The notes beneath the pieces are model-generated. The model worked only from the letters and a program-made list of their open reading frames with translations. It was not told the origin of the DNA and did no database searches. DNA of 64,000 nucleotides. Source: a virus. Lineage: Duplodnaviria; Caudoviricetes. A program made the translations under genes and the position numbers. The DNA lies in the IMG/VR virus record IMGVR_UViG_2846802666_000001, positions 1,549 to 65,548 of that record. One strand, written 5' to 3'. Positions 46,240-55,699 of this stretch are shown piece by piece; position 1 is the first letter of the stretch; every line of letters begins with the position of its first letter.

Positions 46240-46560
46240 ATGTCAGAGAAAATCGTTGAGCTCTCCCGGAAATATGAAGTTCCGGGTGTTGAGCCGTTTG
46301 ACAAGGTGCGCCTCCGGGCGCCGACGTACCGTGAAATTTTCATCAACGGTATAGGTGAACCGCGAGAAGTCCACGTCGTTGCTGGTCAGCCGATGGTTGT
46401 GACGCACTATGAGGCCATCGACGGACATCTTCAGAACATCTGCCTGGCGCCTTCTTACGACTCCCTGGCGGTTCTGGAAGCTCACGACGCGGTAGAGGTC
46501 GCGAACGCCGTGTGCGATTTTTTTTCGCAGCGGCCGGAATTGCCGAAGTCGCCGACCTGA
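46240..46560 (+). CDS. Tail assembly chaperone (extended to 46676 by probable -1 frameshift)
   Basis: VRLRAPT motif; T8 slippery run at 46518-46525. Confidence 0.8.
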   Translation: MSEKIVELSRKYEVPGVEPFDKVRLRAPTYREIFINGIGEPREVHVVAGQPMVVTHYEAIDGHLQNICLAPSYDSLAVLEAHDAVEVANAVCDFFSQRPELPKSPT

Positions 46561-46672
46561 TGGTGTTCCGTCTCGGATGGGACGCCATGCGTGTGCAGGA
46601 CATGACGGCCGATGAAATCGCGCATTGGTGCAATCGTGCGATCAAATTTTCCGAACAAGCGCGGGGCCGGTC

Positions 46673-47227
46673 ATGAGACTGGAAATGAACAGCAAGGATT
46701 TCGAGGAGCTGGAGCGCGCTTTCCGGCGGCTCCCCGGCGAAATCCGTACCAAGGCAATGCGACGGGCGATGACGCGTGTTGCCCAGACTGCACGGTCTCG
46801 CATCGTTGCCCGGCTCGGGCCACATACCCAGATGCCGCGCGACCTGGTGGCGGCGTTGACGACAGCGCATTTCAACGCCGGCGGAAACACCTCGAAGGTT
46901 GTTGCCGAGTCCGGCTGGATACCGCTTCAACGTCTCGGCGCCGTTCAGAACGCATCCGGCGTCTACGCGAAGCTTCGCGGCTCATACCGCCACGCCTTCA
47001 TCGCCGCCATGAAAAGCGGCCATGTCGGCGCATTTCGCCGGGTGCCTGGTACACAGATGTCGTCTGCGACCGGCAAGCGCGAGCAGATCCGCGAATTGTT
47101 CGCCGCGAACCCGGCTCACGCCATCACGAACAATCCGGATGTTTATCTGGATGTCCTCGCGGGCGTGATCGAAGACTATTTCTTTCCGCGTGTCGTTCAC
47201 GAGATCGAACGCCTCTTACCTCGATAG
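46673..47227 (+). CDS. Minor tail protein Z-like
   Basis: AMRRAMTRVA, AFIAAMKSGHVGAFRR and HEIERLL. Confidence 0.7.
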   Translation: MRLEMNSKDFEELERAFRRLPGEIRTKAMRRAMTRVAQTARSRIVARLGPHTQMPRDLVAALTTAHFNAGGNTSKVVAESGWIPLQRLGAVQNASGVYAKLRGSYRHAFIAAMKSGHVGAFRRVPGTQMSSATGKREQIRELFAANPAHAITNNPDVYLDVLAGVIEDYFFPRVVHEIERLLPR

Positions 47228-47235
47228 GTGCATTT

Positions 47236-49194
47236 ATGGCCAATCGGAAAATCCGGGCGGAGCTTGAGATTGATGGCAAGGACAGTACCAGTCCTGCTTT
47301 CCGTTCTGTCGCGACCCGGATGGGCCAGATCGAGCGACAGATGTCGCGGTTCAACAAGACCGCTTCCGATTTCGACCGGAAGGTCGCGTCGATCAATAGG
47401 CATTCGGCTGGAATGCAGCGGGCCGCCGAGGGTTTTAATAAAGCTGGCACGATGCTGCGGACCGGTATCGCCGGCTACGGTGTGTATGAGGTTGGTCGCG
47501 CGATTGCAGGAACTGTCAAGGATTTTGCCGCGCTTGAGCGCCAGATGACCCGTATCGGCATCACGGCGGATGCGTCGGCGACCCAGACAAAGGAAGCGTT
47601 CGCACAGGCGCAGCAGATCGCAAAGGATCTGAATTACGACAGCGTTCAGCCCGCCATCGAGGCGATTGATACTCTGGTTGCCTCCGGCAAATCGCTGGAT
47701 GAAGCCATGGCATTTCTGCCATCGGTGCTTGCCACTGCGCAGGCGACAGGTGCGGCAACGCAAGACATCGCAAATACCGGTCTCAAGGCTGCCGACGCCC
47801 TGAAGATCGAAACGAAGAACATGCAGCGCGCCTTCGACATTATGGTCATGGGCGGCAAGGCTGGCCAGTTCGAACTCAAGGACATGGCGCAATACATTCC
47901 CGGTCTCGCAAACAGCTTTGCGACGCTTGGTTACGAGGGTGAAGGTGGGTTGAAAAAACTCGTCGCCATCCTTCAGACGATTCGTGAGGATACCGGCGAC
48001 GCCAGCAGCGCGGCGACGCAGGCGCAAAACATCTTCGGCAAAATGTATTCGGAAGAAACCGGGAAAAAGTTTGCCAAGTTCGGCATCGATTTGCGCAAGG
48101 AAATGGAAGCCGCCAAGAAGACAGGTGAGGATGCTGTCAGCGCATTCATCCGACTCTCGAACGAAGCGATCAAGGGCGACCTTTCCAAGCTGCCGCTGTT
48201 GTTCAGCGATCAGGAATTCCGCCTCGGGATGCAGTCCCTGATGACCAGCAGTGAGAGCTTGAAGCGGTTCATCGACACGATGAATTCCGCCGAAGTCAAC
48301 GGCACGGTTTTCCGCGATGTGAACCGCATCTTCGGGGATACGCAGGCATCAATCGACAGGATGTCAAACAGTTGGGAGAAGCTCAAGACGTCGATGGGCG
48401 AAAGTGTAGCCCCAGCTGTCACGCCGCTCATGGATGGTGGAGTGAAGCAGCTAGACCGTTACAACGCCCGTCAGCGCGGGATGGAAAAGCGGGGCTGGGG
48501 CTGGTTCCGTCGCAACCTCGGTGTCATCTCCGCCACGGAGGAAATGGATCTCTCGTATGAAGGCGGGTACCGTGACGAGAAGTTTCTCGGCGAGTACTGG
48601 GCTTCCAGATATGGTGCCGGCAGAGACGATCCGCGTCGCCCTCGCGCTTCATCGGGTCGGCAGGGGCGGCCGGTTGTCATCGGGGATTTCCCGGGCGGCG
48701 GACATGGATATACCAACCGGACATTGCCTGCGGGCTCTGCACCCGTTCCTGCGCCTCGCCCGAGAGAGGTGCCAGTGGGACTTTCCGCGACCGGTGATTT
48801 GCAGCGCCAGTACATGGAGTACGGCCGAGGCCGCGCGGCAGGTCAGAAGATCTCTTCCGAGGTCGCGAATATGGATGTGTTTCGCGGAATTCGTGAAAAA
48901 CTTGAGCAGTCGACCGAGATCGCAGGAACTCAAGCCGGAAAGTCGATCGCAGATGGTGGGCAGACGGCTGCGGCGGCTATCGAGAGCGGGTCGCAAAAGC
49001 TGCAAAGTGCTGGCGATAGCTTCCTGTCGGGCTTGACCAGCGCTGCACAAACGCTCCTTGACGCCGCGAACAAGCTGCAAAACGTCCGGGTCAATGCGAC
49101 AGCTATCGGGGCGCAAGGCGGCAGGGCTCTCGCAAATGCTGATACCGGCAGGACTTTCCCGCCGGACATCTCGAAGCCAACAGGCGCACAGTAA
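47236..49194 (+). CDS. Tail tape measure protein
   Basis: Long helical protein; GKAGQFELKDMAQYIP. Confidence 0.9.
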   Translation: MANRKIRAELEIDGKDSTSPAFRSVATRMGQIERQMSRFNKTASDFDRKVASINRHSAGMQRAAEGFNKAGTMLRTGIAGYGVYEVGRAIAGTVKDFAALERQMTRIGITADASATQTKEAFAQAQQIAKDLNYDSVQPAIEAIDTLVASGKSLDEAMAFLPSVLATAQATGAATQDIANTGLKAADALKIETKNMQRAFDIMVMGGKAGQFELKDMAQYIPGLANSFATLGYEGEGGLKKLVAILQTIREDTGDASSAATQAQNIFGKMYSEETGKKFAKFGIDLRKEMEAAKKTGEDAVSAFIRLSNEAIKGDLSKLPLLFSDQEFRLGMQSLMTSSESLKRFIDTMNSAEVNGTVFRDVNRIFGDTQASIDRMSNSWEKLKTSMGESVAPAVTPLMDGGVKQLDRYNARQRGMEKRGWGWFRRNLGVISATEEMDLSYEGGYRDEKFLGEYWASRYGAGRDDPRRPRASSGRQGRPVVIGDFPGGGHGYTNRTLPAGSAPVPAPRPREVPVGLSATGDLQRQYMEYGRGRAAGQKISSEVANMDVFRGIREKLEQSTEIAGTQAGKSIADGGQTAAAAIESGSQKLQSAGDSFLSGLTSAAQTLLDAANKLQNVRVNATAIGAQGGRALANADTGRTFPPDISKPTGAQ

Positions 49195-49219
49195 CGACAT
49201 CAATTCGGAGACACGAAAC

Positions 49220-49678
49220 ATGAGAGACTGGGCATCAACGCTCCGGCCAGCCAGTTTTCGCGGTGTCCGCTTCTGGGTGGAGTTCGAGGATTTGTCAGGC
49301 GGCAAGCGTCTGGCGCGGCATGAATACGCTGGCGGCAGACGCACCCACATGGAGGAGATGGGGCTTAAAACACCATCATTCGGTGTTACGGCCTATCTCC
49401 TTGGCGATGCCAGCGATGCTTCAGCAGCGTCGCTGACGTCGGCCTGCTTGGCCGCTGGCCCCGGCAGGCTGGTTCTTCCGATCGATGCCGGGCAGTTGGC
49501 ATACGTTGAGGATTTCCACCGGTCTCGCGAGCGGGACCGTCGCGGCTATGTCGCATTCGAATTCACGGCGGTACCGGCTTCAGGCGAGGTCCTGCCGTCA
49601 CTCAGCCTCGCTGATGTCGATACAACATTTCTCGCTGCATTGCCGGCGGCTGCTTCTGCATTCGGAAGGTTGTTCTGA
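49220..49678 (+). CDS. Mu-like DNA circularisation protein, N-terminal domain
   Basis: WASTLRPASFRGVRFWV...RHEY...EEMG. Confidence 0.85.
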   Translation: MRDWASTLRPASFRGVRFWVEFEDLSGGKRLARHEYAGGRRTHMEEMGLKTPSFGVTAYLLGDASDASAASLTSACLAAGPGRLVLPIDAGQLAYVEDFHRSRERDRRGYVAFEFTAVPASGEVLPSLSLADVDTTFLAALPAAASAFGRLF

Positions 49679-50301
49679 TGGCTGCTGACAAACGGGCAAT
49701 ATGCGACTGGCTCGGAAGCCTCGCGACGACCATCGTTGTTGATGATCTCGACACCGAAAATATTGCTGCGCGCCTCGATGCCGCTCCGGCACTTTCCGCC
49801 ACAGAATTTGCAATGGAAAGCCTGTCAATTATGCGGGTCATTGCCGAGAGTGTTTTATCGGCCTCCGAGTTCGATACACTCCGCTCTGGGCAATTTGAGG
49901 ATGCGGAGACCGCAGACGCGGCCTCGGTTTTGCTTGCAGCAGGACTTGCGATCGCAGGTGGACGCGCAGACTGGATTTCCAGGCCACAGGCGCGCGCTGG
50001 CCGCGACCGGATCGCCGCCGCTGGTGACGCTGCCCTGACAGTAGTTTCTGCCATGGGTTCAGATGGCGTTGATCTTTATGTCTGGCTCTCTGCCCTGACG
50101 AATATCGCGGTTCGCCTGGTGTCGGATCAGGCGGCAGACGCGGTCCCTGTGGTTCGGGTCGAGACAGGCATTTCGCTGCCTTCGACGTTTCTGGCTTACC
50201 AGCTTTACGGTGATGCCGGCAGGGCCGAAAGCCTTGTCGAAATTGCTGGTATATCCACGCCGATGCTCATGCCATCTGCCTTCAATGCTCTGGAAAAGTG
50301 A
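49678..50301 (+). CDS. Mu-like DNA circularisation protein, C-terminal domain (separate ORF)
   Basis: SLPSTFLAYQLYGDAGRAESL. Confidence 0.75.
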   Translation: MAADKRAICDWLGSLATTIVVDDLDTENIAARLDAAPALSATEFAMESLSIMRVIAESVLSASEFDTLRSGQFEDAETADAASVLLAAGLAIAGGRADWISRPQARAGRDRIAAAGDAALTVVSAMGSDGVDLYVWLSALTNIAVRLVSDQAADAVPVVRVETGISLPSTFLAYQLYGDAGRAESLVEIAGISTPMLMPSAFNALEK

Positions 50302-51365
50302 TGCAGAAAAATTCGACAGGACCATTCGAGACGGTCGTTTGCGATGGGCTGCCGCCGATCATCCGCATCAATATAAGAGTATCGGCAGAAGAGGCTACGC
50401 GCAGCGCAAATGCCGATTTCGTCATCGCGGGATCCGGCGTGCCTGTCGTGCCGGGGAAGCCGACTAAGATCACAGCGAGCGGCGATCTGTTGCTCACTGG
50501 CTATGTGCGGGACGTCGACACCGGATACGATGAGGAAAGCCGGTCGCTTTCCTGCGGTATAGTCTCTCGTACGGTCGATTTTGTCGAATGCTCGGCCGAA
50601 CATCCAAGCGGGGAAATTCTCGATAAGAGCCTCGATGATATTGCGAGGGAACTGGACAGTCACGGAATTGGCATTGAGACGGACGGCAGCGAATTGCCGA
50701 AGGAAGCTCGCCATAAACTGATGGTCGGAGAAAGCGCTTTCTCAAGTGTTGAGCGCCGGTCGCGGGGCCGCGGTGTTCTGATCCACGACACGCCCGAAGG
50801 TCGGGTCAAGCTGGCGACAAAACCTGCTGGAAAACATGCCGGCAGGTTGAAGCGTGGCGTTAACATCCTGCCGGGATCCAGTGCCAGCTTTACGGAAAAA
50901 GGCCGGTACAGCGACATCAAAGTTCGTGGGCAGGCCACGGAAGGCAGCGACAAGCAGCAGTTTCGCGGCCAATCGTCGGCAAGAGATAATGGCCTTAGCC
51001 GTAAGCGAACGCTGATTTTGCGGCATGAAGGTGAAGCGTCAACGGGACGGATGAAGAAGCGCGCCGCATGGCACGCCAGGCGGGCGGCGGGAAACGGCAC
51101 GACTGCGAGCATCGTCGTCAGTGGCTGGCGGGATGAGGCCGGCAAGCTCTGGCAGCCAAACTATCTTGTCTATGTCGATGATGACTGGCTCGGCCTCGAT
51201 GGCTGGATGGTCATCAAAGATATCGATTTCGAACAGGGCGATATGACGAAAGCGACGCTCTCGGTCGCGGATCCTCGCTCACTCGGTGGCGAAAACCCGC
51301 GCGGCAAGACGACATCCGGCTATTCCGCTGCGGCGGTCGATGAAGGGGACTTTGAGGACGAATGA
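50298..51365 (+). CDS. Baseplate hub (Mu gpP-like)
   Basis: LLTGYV, SRTVDFVECS and GWRDEAGKLWQPN. Confidence 0.88.
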   Translation: MMQKNSTGPFETVVCDGLPPIIRINIRVSAEEATRSANADFVIAGSGVPVVPGKPTKITASGDLLLTGYVRDVDTGYDEESRSLSCGIVSRTVDFVECSAEHPSGEILDKSLDDIARELDSHGIGIETDGSELPKEARHKLMVGESAFSSVERRSRGRGVLIHDTPEGRVKLATKPAGKHAGRLKRGVNILPGSSASFTEKGRYSDIKVRGQATEGSDKQQFRGQSSARDNGLSRKRTLILRHEGEASTGRMKKRAAWHARRAAGNGTTASIVVSGWRDEAGKLWQPNYLVYVDDDWLGLDGWMVIKDIDFEQGDMTKATLSVADPRSLGGENPRGKTTSGYSAAAVDEGDFEDE

Positions 51366-51850
51366 GCGGCTTCATACGTTTCGACTTCGATGGCCGCCTT
51401 GAAGAGAAGGCTGGTCAGCAGTTTGTCTCCGGGCGAGGCATGTTCAATGATGGGTATACCCGTATCCATCGTCCGGAACCCCACGGCTTTGCTTCTTCGC
51501 CGCCTTCCGGCTCGAAAGGTCTTTTACTGCCATCGCCGGGTAATCCGGATTTTGCGGTTGTCCTCGGGCTTGAACATCCGGGCCACCGGCCGTCAGACCT
51601 TCCGGGTGGCGGCTCCGCGCTTTACGATGCCGGCGGCAATATCATCAAGGTAGTCATGGGCGATGGCATCGTTGTTGATGTGGCGGGGAGCGCTTTCCAA
51701 ATCCGCAAGGGTGGGGTGACATTCACGGTTTCGGCCGATGGCGTCGACATCGAGGGCGGGACGGTCCGCCATAATGGCAAGGACATCGGCGATGCCCATC
51801 GCCATACCGGCGTCGTTCCGGGATCCGGTCAAACGGGTGTGCCCGCTTAG
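51362..51850 (+). CDS. Baseplate spike (Mu gp45-like)
   Basis: HGFASSPP and C-terminal HRHTGV. Confidence 0.85.
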   Translation: MSGFIRFDFDGRLEEKAGQQFVSGRGMFNDGYTRIHRPEPHGFASSPPSGSKGLLLPSPGNPDFAVVLGLEHPGHRPSDLPGGGSALYDAGGNIIKVVMGDGIVVDVAGSAFQIRKGGVTFTVSADGVDIEGGTVRHNGKDIGDAHRHTGVVPGSGQTGVPA

Positions 51851-51861
51851 GAAAAACTCAA

Positions 51862-52398
51862 ATGCTTCGCATCATACCTCTCGATGAGGCGGACGAAATC
51901 TATCGTTCGCCCGATCTCGGCTGGGATGGCCTCCTGGGCGACCTGCTGCTGAACAGTCTCACCCATCCAACGGCGCCCGGAGATTTTCGGGCGGAGCAGG
52001 GTCTAGCGACGCAAGTGCTGATCCTGCTGATGAGCGACCGTCGCGTAGAGGACAGCGAGTTGCGAGACGGTGAGCAAAACCGGGGCTGGCTCGGAGACAG
52101 CTTTGACCGTCTCGATGGTGAGGACGTCCTGGGGTCTCGCCTTTGGCTGCTGAGGCGGCGCTCAATCTATGACGGCATCGAAGTTGATGCCGAGGACTAT
52201 GCCCGCGAAGCCCTGCAACCGCTCATTACGCAGGGCTCAGTAGCCCGTGTCGACGCAACTGCCACCGCCAAGCGTGCGGAAAATCGTCTCGATCTCGAAA
52301 TCGCGATGTACGGGCGCGACGGCGAGACCATGTTCAATCAGAAATTCGGACTGTTATGGAGACAGATAGATGGCGTGGAATATCCGCTCGCTGGATGA
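51862..52398 (+). CDS. Baseplate protein (Mu gp46-like)
   Basis: RGWLGDSF, LGSRLWLL and AEDYAREALQPL. Confidence 0.88.
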   Translation: MLRIIPLDEADEIYRSPDLGWDGLLGDLLLNSLTHPTAPGDFRAEQGLATQVLILLMSDRRVEDSELRDGEQNRGWLGDSFDRLDGEDVLGSRLWLLRRRSIYDGIEVDAEDYAREALQPLITQGSVARVDATATAKRAENRLDLEIAMYGRDGETMFNQKFGLLWRQIDGVEYPLAG

Positions 52399-53455
52399 TG
52401 CCTCGGCTGCTGTGCGTGGCGCGTTCCGGCGATATATGCCCGGCACGGATACCGCCCTCAAAAACAGTTTCGTGACGATCGTCGTCAAGGTTCTGGCGGC
52501 GATCTCCTATGAGTTCGAATTGCGTATGGGCTGGTTTTCGAAACAGATCCTTCTGTCGACATCGACGAGCCTTGCGTGGATCAAGTTGCACGCCGCCGAA
52601 GTCGGCATTTACCAGCGTCCGGCTGCCGCTGCGCGCGGGGAAATCATCGGTATCGGCCAAGCCACGACGACGTATCCTTCCGGTATCCGCTTCGTCTCCG
52701 GAAATGTGACCTATGTTTCCACTTTACCGGCCACCTCCGGGGCGGACGGTTCCCTGGTCGTTCCTGTCGCCGCAGAGGTGAAAGGCTCTGTCGGTAACCG
52801 TGCAAGCGCCGGTCTGCTGTCGCTTGCTGACCCCGGACTTTTTCCGACGCTTGGCACCAGCTGGCTGGTCGACAATGACGGACTAGGTGGAGGAGCCGAC
52901 GCCGAGGATGCGGATAGCCTGAAAGAGAGGGGCTTGCAGCGGAAGCGCAATCCTCCTGGCGGCGGCACGTTGGCGGATTATGAGCGCATCGTGATGGGTG
53001 TCTCCGGTGTCCTGAAGGCGTGGGCTTTTCGTGTCCCTGGCTCGCCCGGTGGAATTGTCGTCCATTTCCTGTTTAGCGGCAGGGAAGACAATATTCCGCT
53101 GCCCTCCGATGTCGAGGCGGTGCAGGCTGTCATCGATCAACAGAGGCTTATCCGTGTTGATGACAGTGTCGCCACGGCGCCCGTATCGCGCCCGGTCGAC
53201 GTGACCGTCACGGGGCTTTCCGGAGATACGGCTGAAATACGTGCGGCGATCAAGAATGGCATCACCGCGATGTATCTATCGAGGTGCCGGCCGGGCCTGA
53301 TCGGCGACAGCTTTACCGTATCGCGCAGTTGGTATTCGGAAGTGATTTCCGGGGTAACCGGTGAGGACCGTCACATCCTTGCGGAGCCTTCTGGCGATAT
53401 CGTTCTGACCGGCGGGCAGTTTCCTGTAAACGGGGAGTTCGACTTTGGCTCGTGA
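52370..53455 (+). CDS. Baseplate J/gp47 protein
   Basis: GGGADAED...NPPGGGTLADY. Confidence 0.9.
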   Translation: MAWNIRSLDDASAAVRGAFRRYMPGTDTALKNSFVTIVVKVLAAISYEFELRMGWFSKQILLSTSTSLAWIKLHAAEVGIYQRPAAAARGEIIGIGQATTTYPSGIRFVSGNVTYVSTLPATSGADGSLVVPVAAEVKGSVGNRASAGLLSLADPGLFPTLGTSWLVDNDGLGGGADAEDADSLKERGLQRKRNPPGGGTLADYERIVMGVSGVLKAWAFRVPGSPGGIVVHFLFSGREDNIPLPSDVEAVQAVIDQQRLIRVDDSVATAPVSRPVDVTVTGLSGDTAEIRAAIKNGITAMYLSRCRPGLIGDSFTVSRSWYSEVISGVTGEDRHILAEPSGDIVLTGGQFPVNGEFDFGS

Positions 53456-54149
53456 TTCCGGCTTCAATACTCGCACAACAGAGCCGAGCGACGGCGCGCC
53501 ATCTGGTGGCGTCCCCAGCGCATGGGACAATCTTTCTGCACCCACGAACGATGATCTTATTGGTGGCGCGGTGTCGTTCTGGCCACCCGGGGCTGCATTC
53601 GGAACGCCGGACGGGCAGGCGCTATCCCTGACCAGCAGACTCGCACTGTTTACACGGGTCCTCATTTCGCCTTGGGAATGGCTCTACGCCAGGGCCTTCA
53701 AGCTCACGAGCGAAAGCACGGTCTACGGCGTGGATGAAATGCTTTCGGACTGGGAGCTAGAGTACGGCCTTCCGGACGCTTGCGGCGTCGATGACGAGAG
53801 TATCGCCGGTAGGATAAGGGCTCTGGAGGCGAAGTTGATGGCTGCCGCCATCATCACGCCGTCAGACTTTATCCGGCTGGCCGCGGCGTTCGGTTTCACC
53901 ATCATCATCGAAGAACCGGCCGTTTTCGAGTGCGGATTTTCGGAGTGCGGCGGCGAACACACGGTCGGCGATTCAAGGCAGGAAGTTTACTGGCTTGTGA
54001 CTGTTACCGACCTCGCTGTCGACTATTTCCGGTGTGGTGAAAGCGAATGCGGGTTCGACCCGCTCTTTTCTTACGGGGAGGCAGAGCGACTGCTTTGCCT
54101 TCTGCGTCAACATTCGCCCGCTTGGGCAATTCCTGTTTTGGCAACCTGA
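53445..54149 (+). CDS. Baseplate wedge protein (Mu gp48/DUF2313-like)
   Basis: WPPGAAF, LSDWELEYGLPD and FECGFSECG. Confidence 0.85.
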   Translation: MARDSGFNTRTTEPSDGAPSGGVPSAWDNLSAPTNDDLIGGAVSFWPPGAAFGTPDGQALSLTSRLALFTRVLISPWEWLYARAFKLTSESTVYGVDEMLSDWELEYGLPDACGVDDESIAGRIRALEAKLMAAAIITPSDFIRLAAAFGFTIIIEEPAVFECGFSECGGEHTVGDSRQEVYWLVTVTDLAVDYFRCGESECGFDPLFSYGEAERLLCLLRQHSPAWAIPVLAT

Positions 54150-54164
54150 ACGGAACCCATCACC

Positions 54165-55061
54165 ATGAAATATTACGCTCCATACGGATCTACTGATCCG
54201 GATGCATCATACGTCGACAAGGATATACCCGGTGCTGTTCGCGGCTCCGCGGTTCCTGCCAAGGCTATCGAAAAACCGCAGCGTGAAATTGTGGACTTCC
54301 TGGTTAAGTCCGGTCTCGCGCCTGCTGAGGGACTTCAGTTGTCCCAGGCCGTTCAGGCTGGCAAAGTGAACTTTGCTGCCACTGCAGGGACTGGCAACGC
54401 GATTGTCGCAACCCTTGCCCCTGCTCCGGACAGTCTGTTCCTTGGACTGATCGTCAGGATCAAGATTGCGACCATCAATACCGGCCCCGCCACCATCAAT
54501 CTCAATGGATTTGGAGTGAAGCCGATAAAGACGGCGTCCGGTGACGATATAGTGGCTGGCGACCTTAAGGTGAATTCTATCATCGAATTTGCCTACGACG
54601 GCGCCAACTGGCGGATGCTCGCGACAAGCCCTCAAAGCATCGCAACCCGTGCGCTTGCGAGCGGTACTTACAGCCTTGCTGCCGGTGCGATCCCAAATTC
54701 GATTGTTAACCTCACGACTCTCGCAACAGTGCTGTTGGAGGATTTCGACAACTCAGGCTCGTTGTCTGGCGGGATATTTACAGTGCCGTACGATGGTGTG
54801 GCTCACATGTCGATCTCTCTCTATCAACCCGCTGCTTTAGTTTCCGCTGCGGGATTGGGTGTTTTGAAGAACAGCGTGTTGGTCGACAGCGTGCTGGATA
54901 ACTCTAACGCTGCGTTGGATCGTACAATTCGCATAATCTACAATCGCCTGTTCAGTGTTTCCAGGGGCGATCAGCTTCAATTTGGGGTCGCCTGTCGCAA
55001 TGCAGCCGGAACGGGGAATTCTCCTCCAATAACCGGCACGGCTACAATTATGATAATCTAG
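54165..55061 (+). CDS. Tail fibre/receptor-binding protein
   Basis: Follows gp48; GSAVPAKAIEKPQREIV N-terminus; NTGPATINLNG..KPI fibre module. Confidence 0.88.
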   Translation: MKYYAPYGSTDPDASYVDKDIPGAVRGSAVPAKAIEKPQREIVDFLVKSGLAPAEGLQLSQAVQAGKVNFAATAGTGNAIVATLAPAPDSLFLGLIVRIKIATINTGPATINLNGFGVKPIKTASGDDIVAGDLKVNSIIEFAYDGANWRMLATSPQSIATRALASGTYSLAAGAIPNSIVNLTTLATVLLEDFDNSGSLSGGIFTVPYDGVAHMSISLYQPAALVSAAGLGVLKNSVLVDSVLDNSNAALDRTIRIIYNRLFSVSRGDQLQFGVACRNAAGTGNSPPITGTATIMII

Positions 55062-55064
55062 GAG

Positions 55065-55637
55065 ATGGAAAACATGACCATTGAGCGCATTCCTCTTTCC
55101 ATTTCGGATGTCGAGGCTGTAGGTCGACTGGTGTCGTACGGGATGGCAGATGCCTACTATGATGGGACATATCTCGTCGTAGCCAACGCCGATTTGGTGG
55201 AGAAAATAAATGCTCTGATTTCTCAGGAGGAGTGGAGAAGTCAGGATCTGGTGACGATCAAGGCCGGATATAAGGCTGCAATTGACGAGGCGGCCGAATT
55301 GACGAGGCTGCAGTACATTACGCCCGGTGTAGGGCAGGCTCTCACGTACATGCAAAAGGCGGATGAGGCTCGGCGGTATCTTTCAGCGTCCAACCCCGTC
55401 GACAGCGACTACCCGCTGTTGGCGGCTGAAGTGGGCATCACCGCTGAAAATATTGTCCGCGTTGCTGCGGTGGTAGCTGCGGCCTACAGCCAATGGCTAA
55501 AGATTGGTGCGGCAATCGAGGCTGTGCGCCTAGATGGGAAGGCTGCAATTGACGCAGCAGGATCAGAAAATGACGCAAAAGCTGCCTTCGATGCAGTGGC
55601 TTGGCCAGAGGCCAAAGTCGCCGGTCAAGCGGAGTAG
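55065..55637 (+). CDS. Probable tail fibre assembly protein
   Basis: IDEAAELTRLQYITPG...YPLLAAEVG; follows fibre. Confidence 0.7.
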   Translation: MENMTIERIPLSISDVEAVGRLVSYGMADAYYDGTYLVVANADLVEKINALISQEEWRSQDLVTIKAGYKAAIDEAAELTRLQYITPGVGQALTYMQKADEARRYLSASNPVDSDYPLLAAEVGITAENIVRVAAVVAAAYSQWLKIGAAIEAVRLDGKAAIDAAGSENDAKAAFDAVAWPEAKVAGQAE

Positions 55638-55699
55638 CCACTATCTGTCTGCCGTTTTGACGCTATTGATAAAGGCAGCGGAGCGTGCCACGAGAGCGC

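Noticed and set aside
46612-47235. N-terminal extension of the tape measure to 860 aa
   Set aside because: Overlaps the Z-like gene in another frame; the plausible start is ATG 47236
49220-50301. Pseudogenised DNA circularisation gene
   Set aside because: The two ORFs are coupled by a clean TGATG overlap, consistent with a natural split
54165-55061. Tail fibre as a DGR target
   Set aside because: Neither fibre gene contains a TR-like sequence
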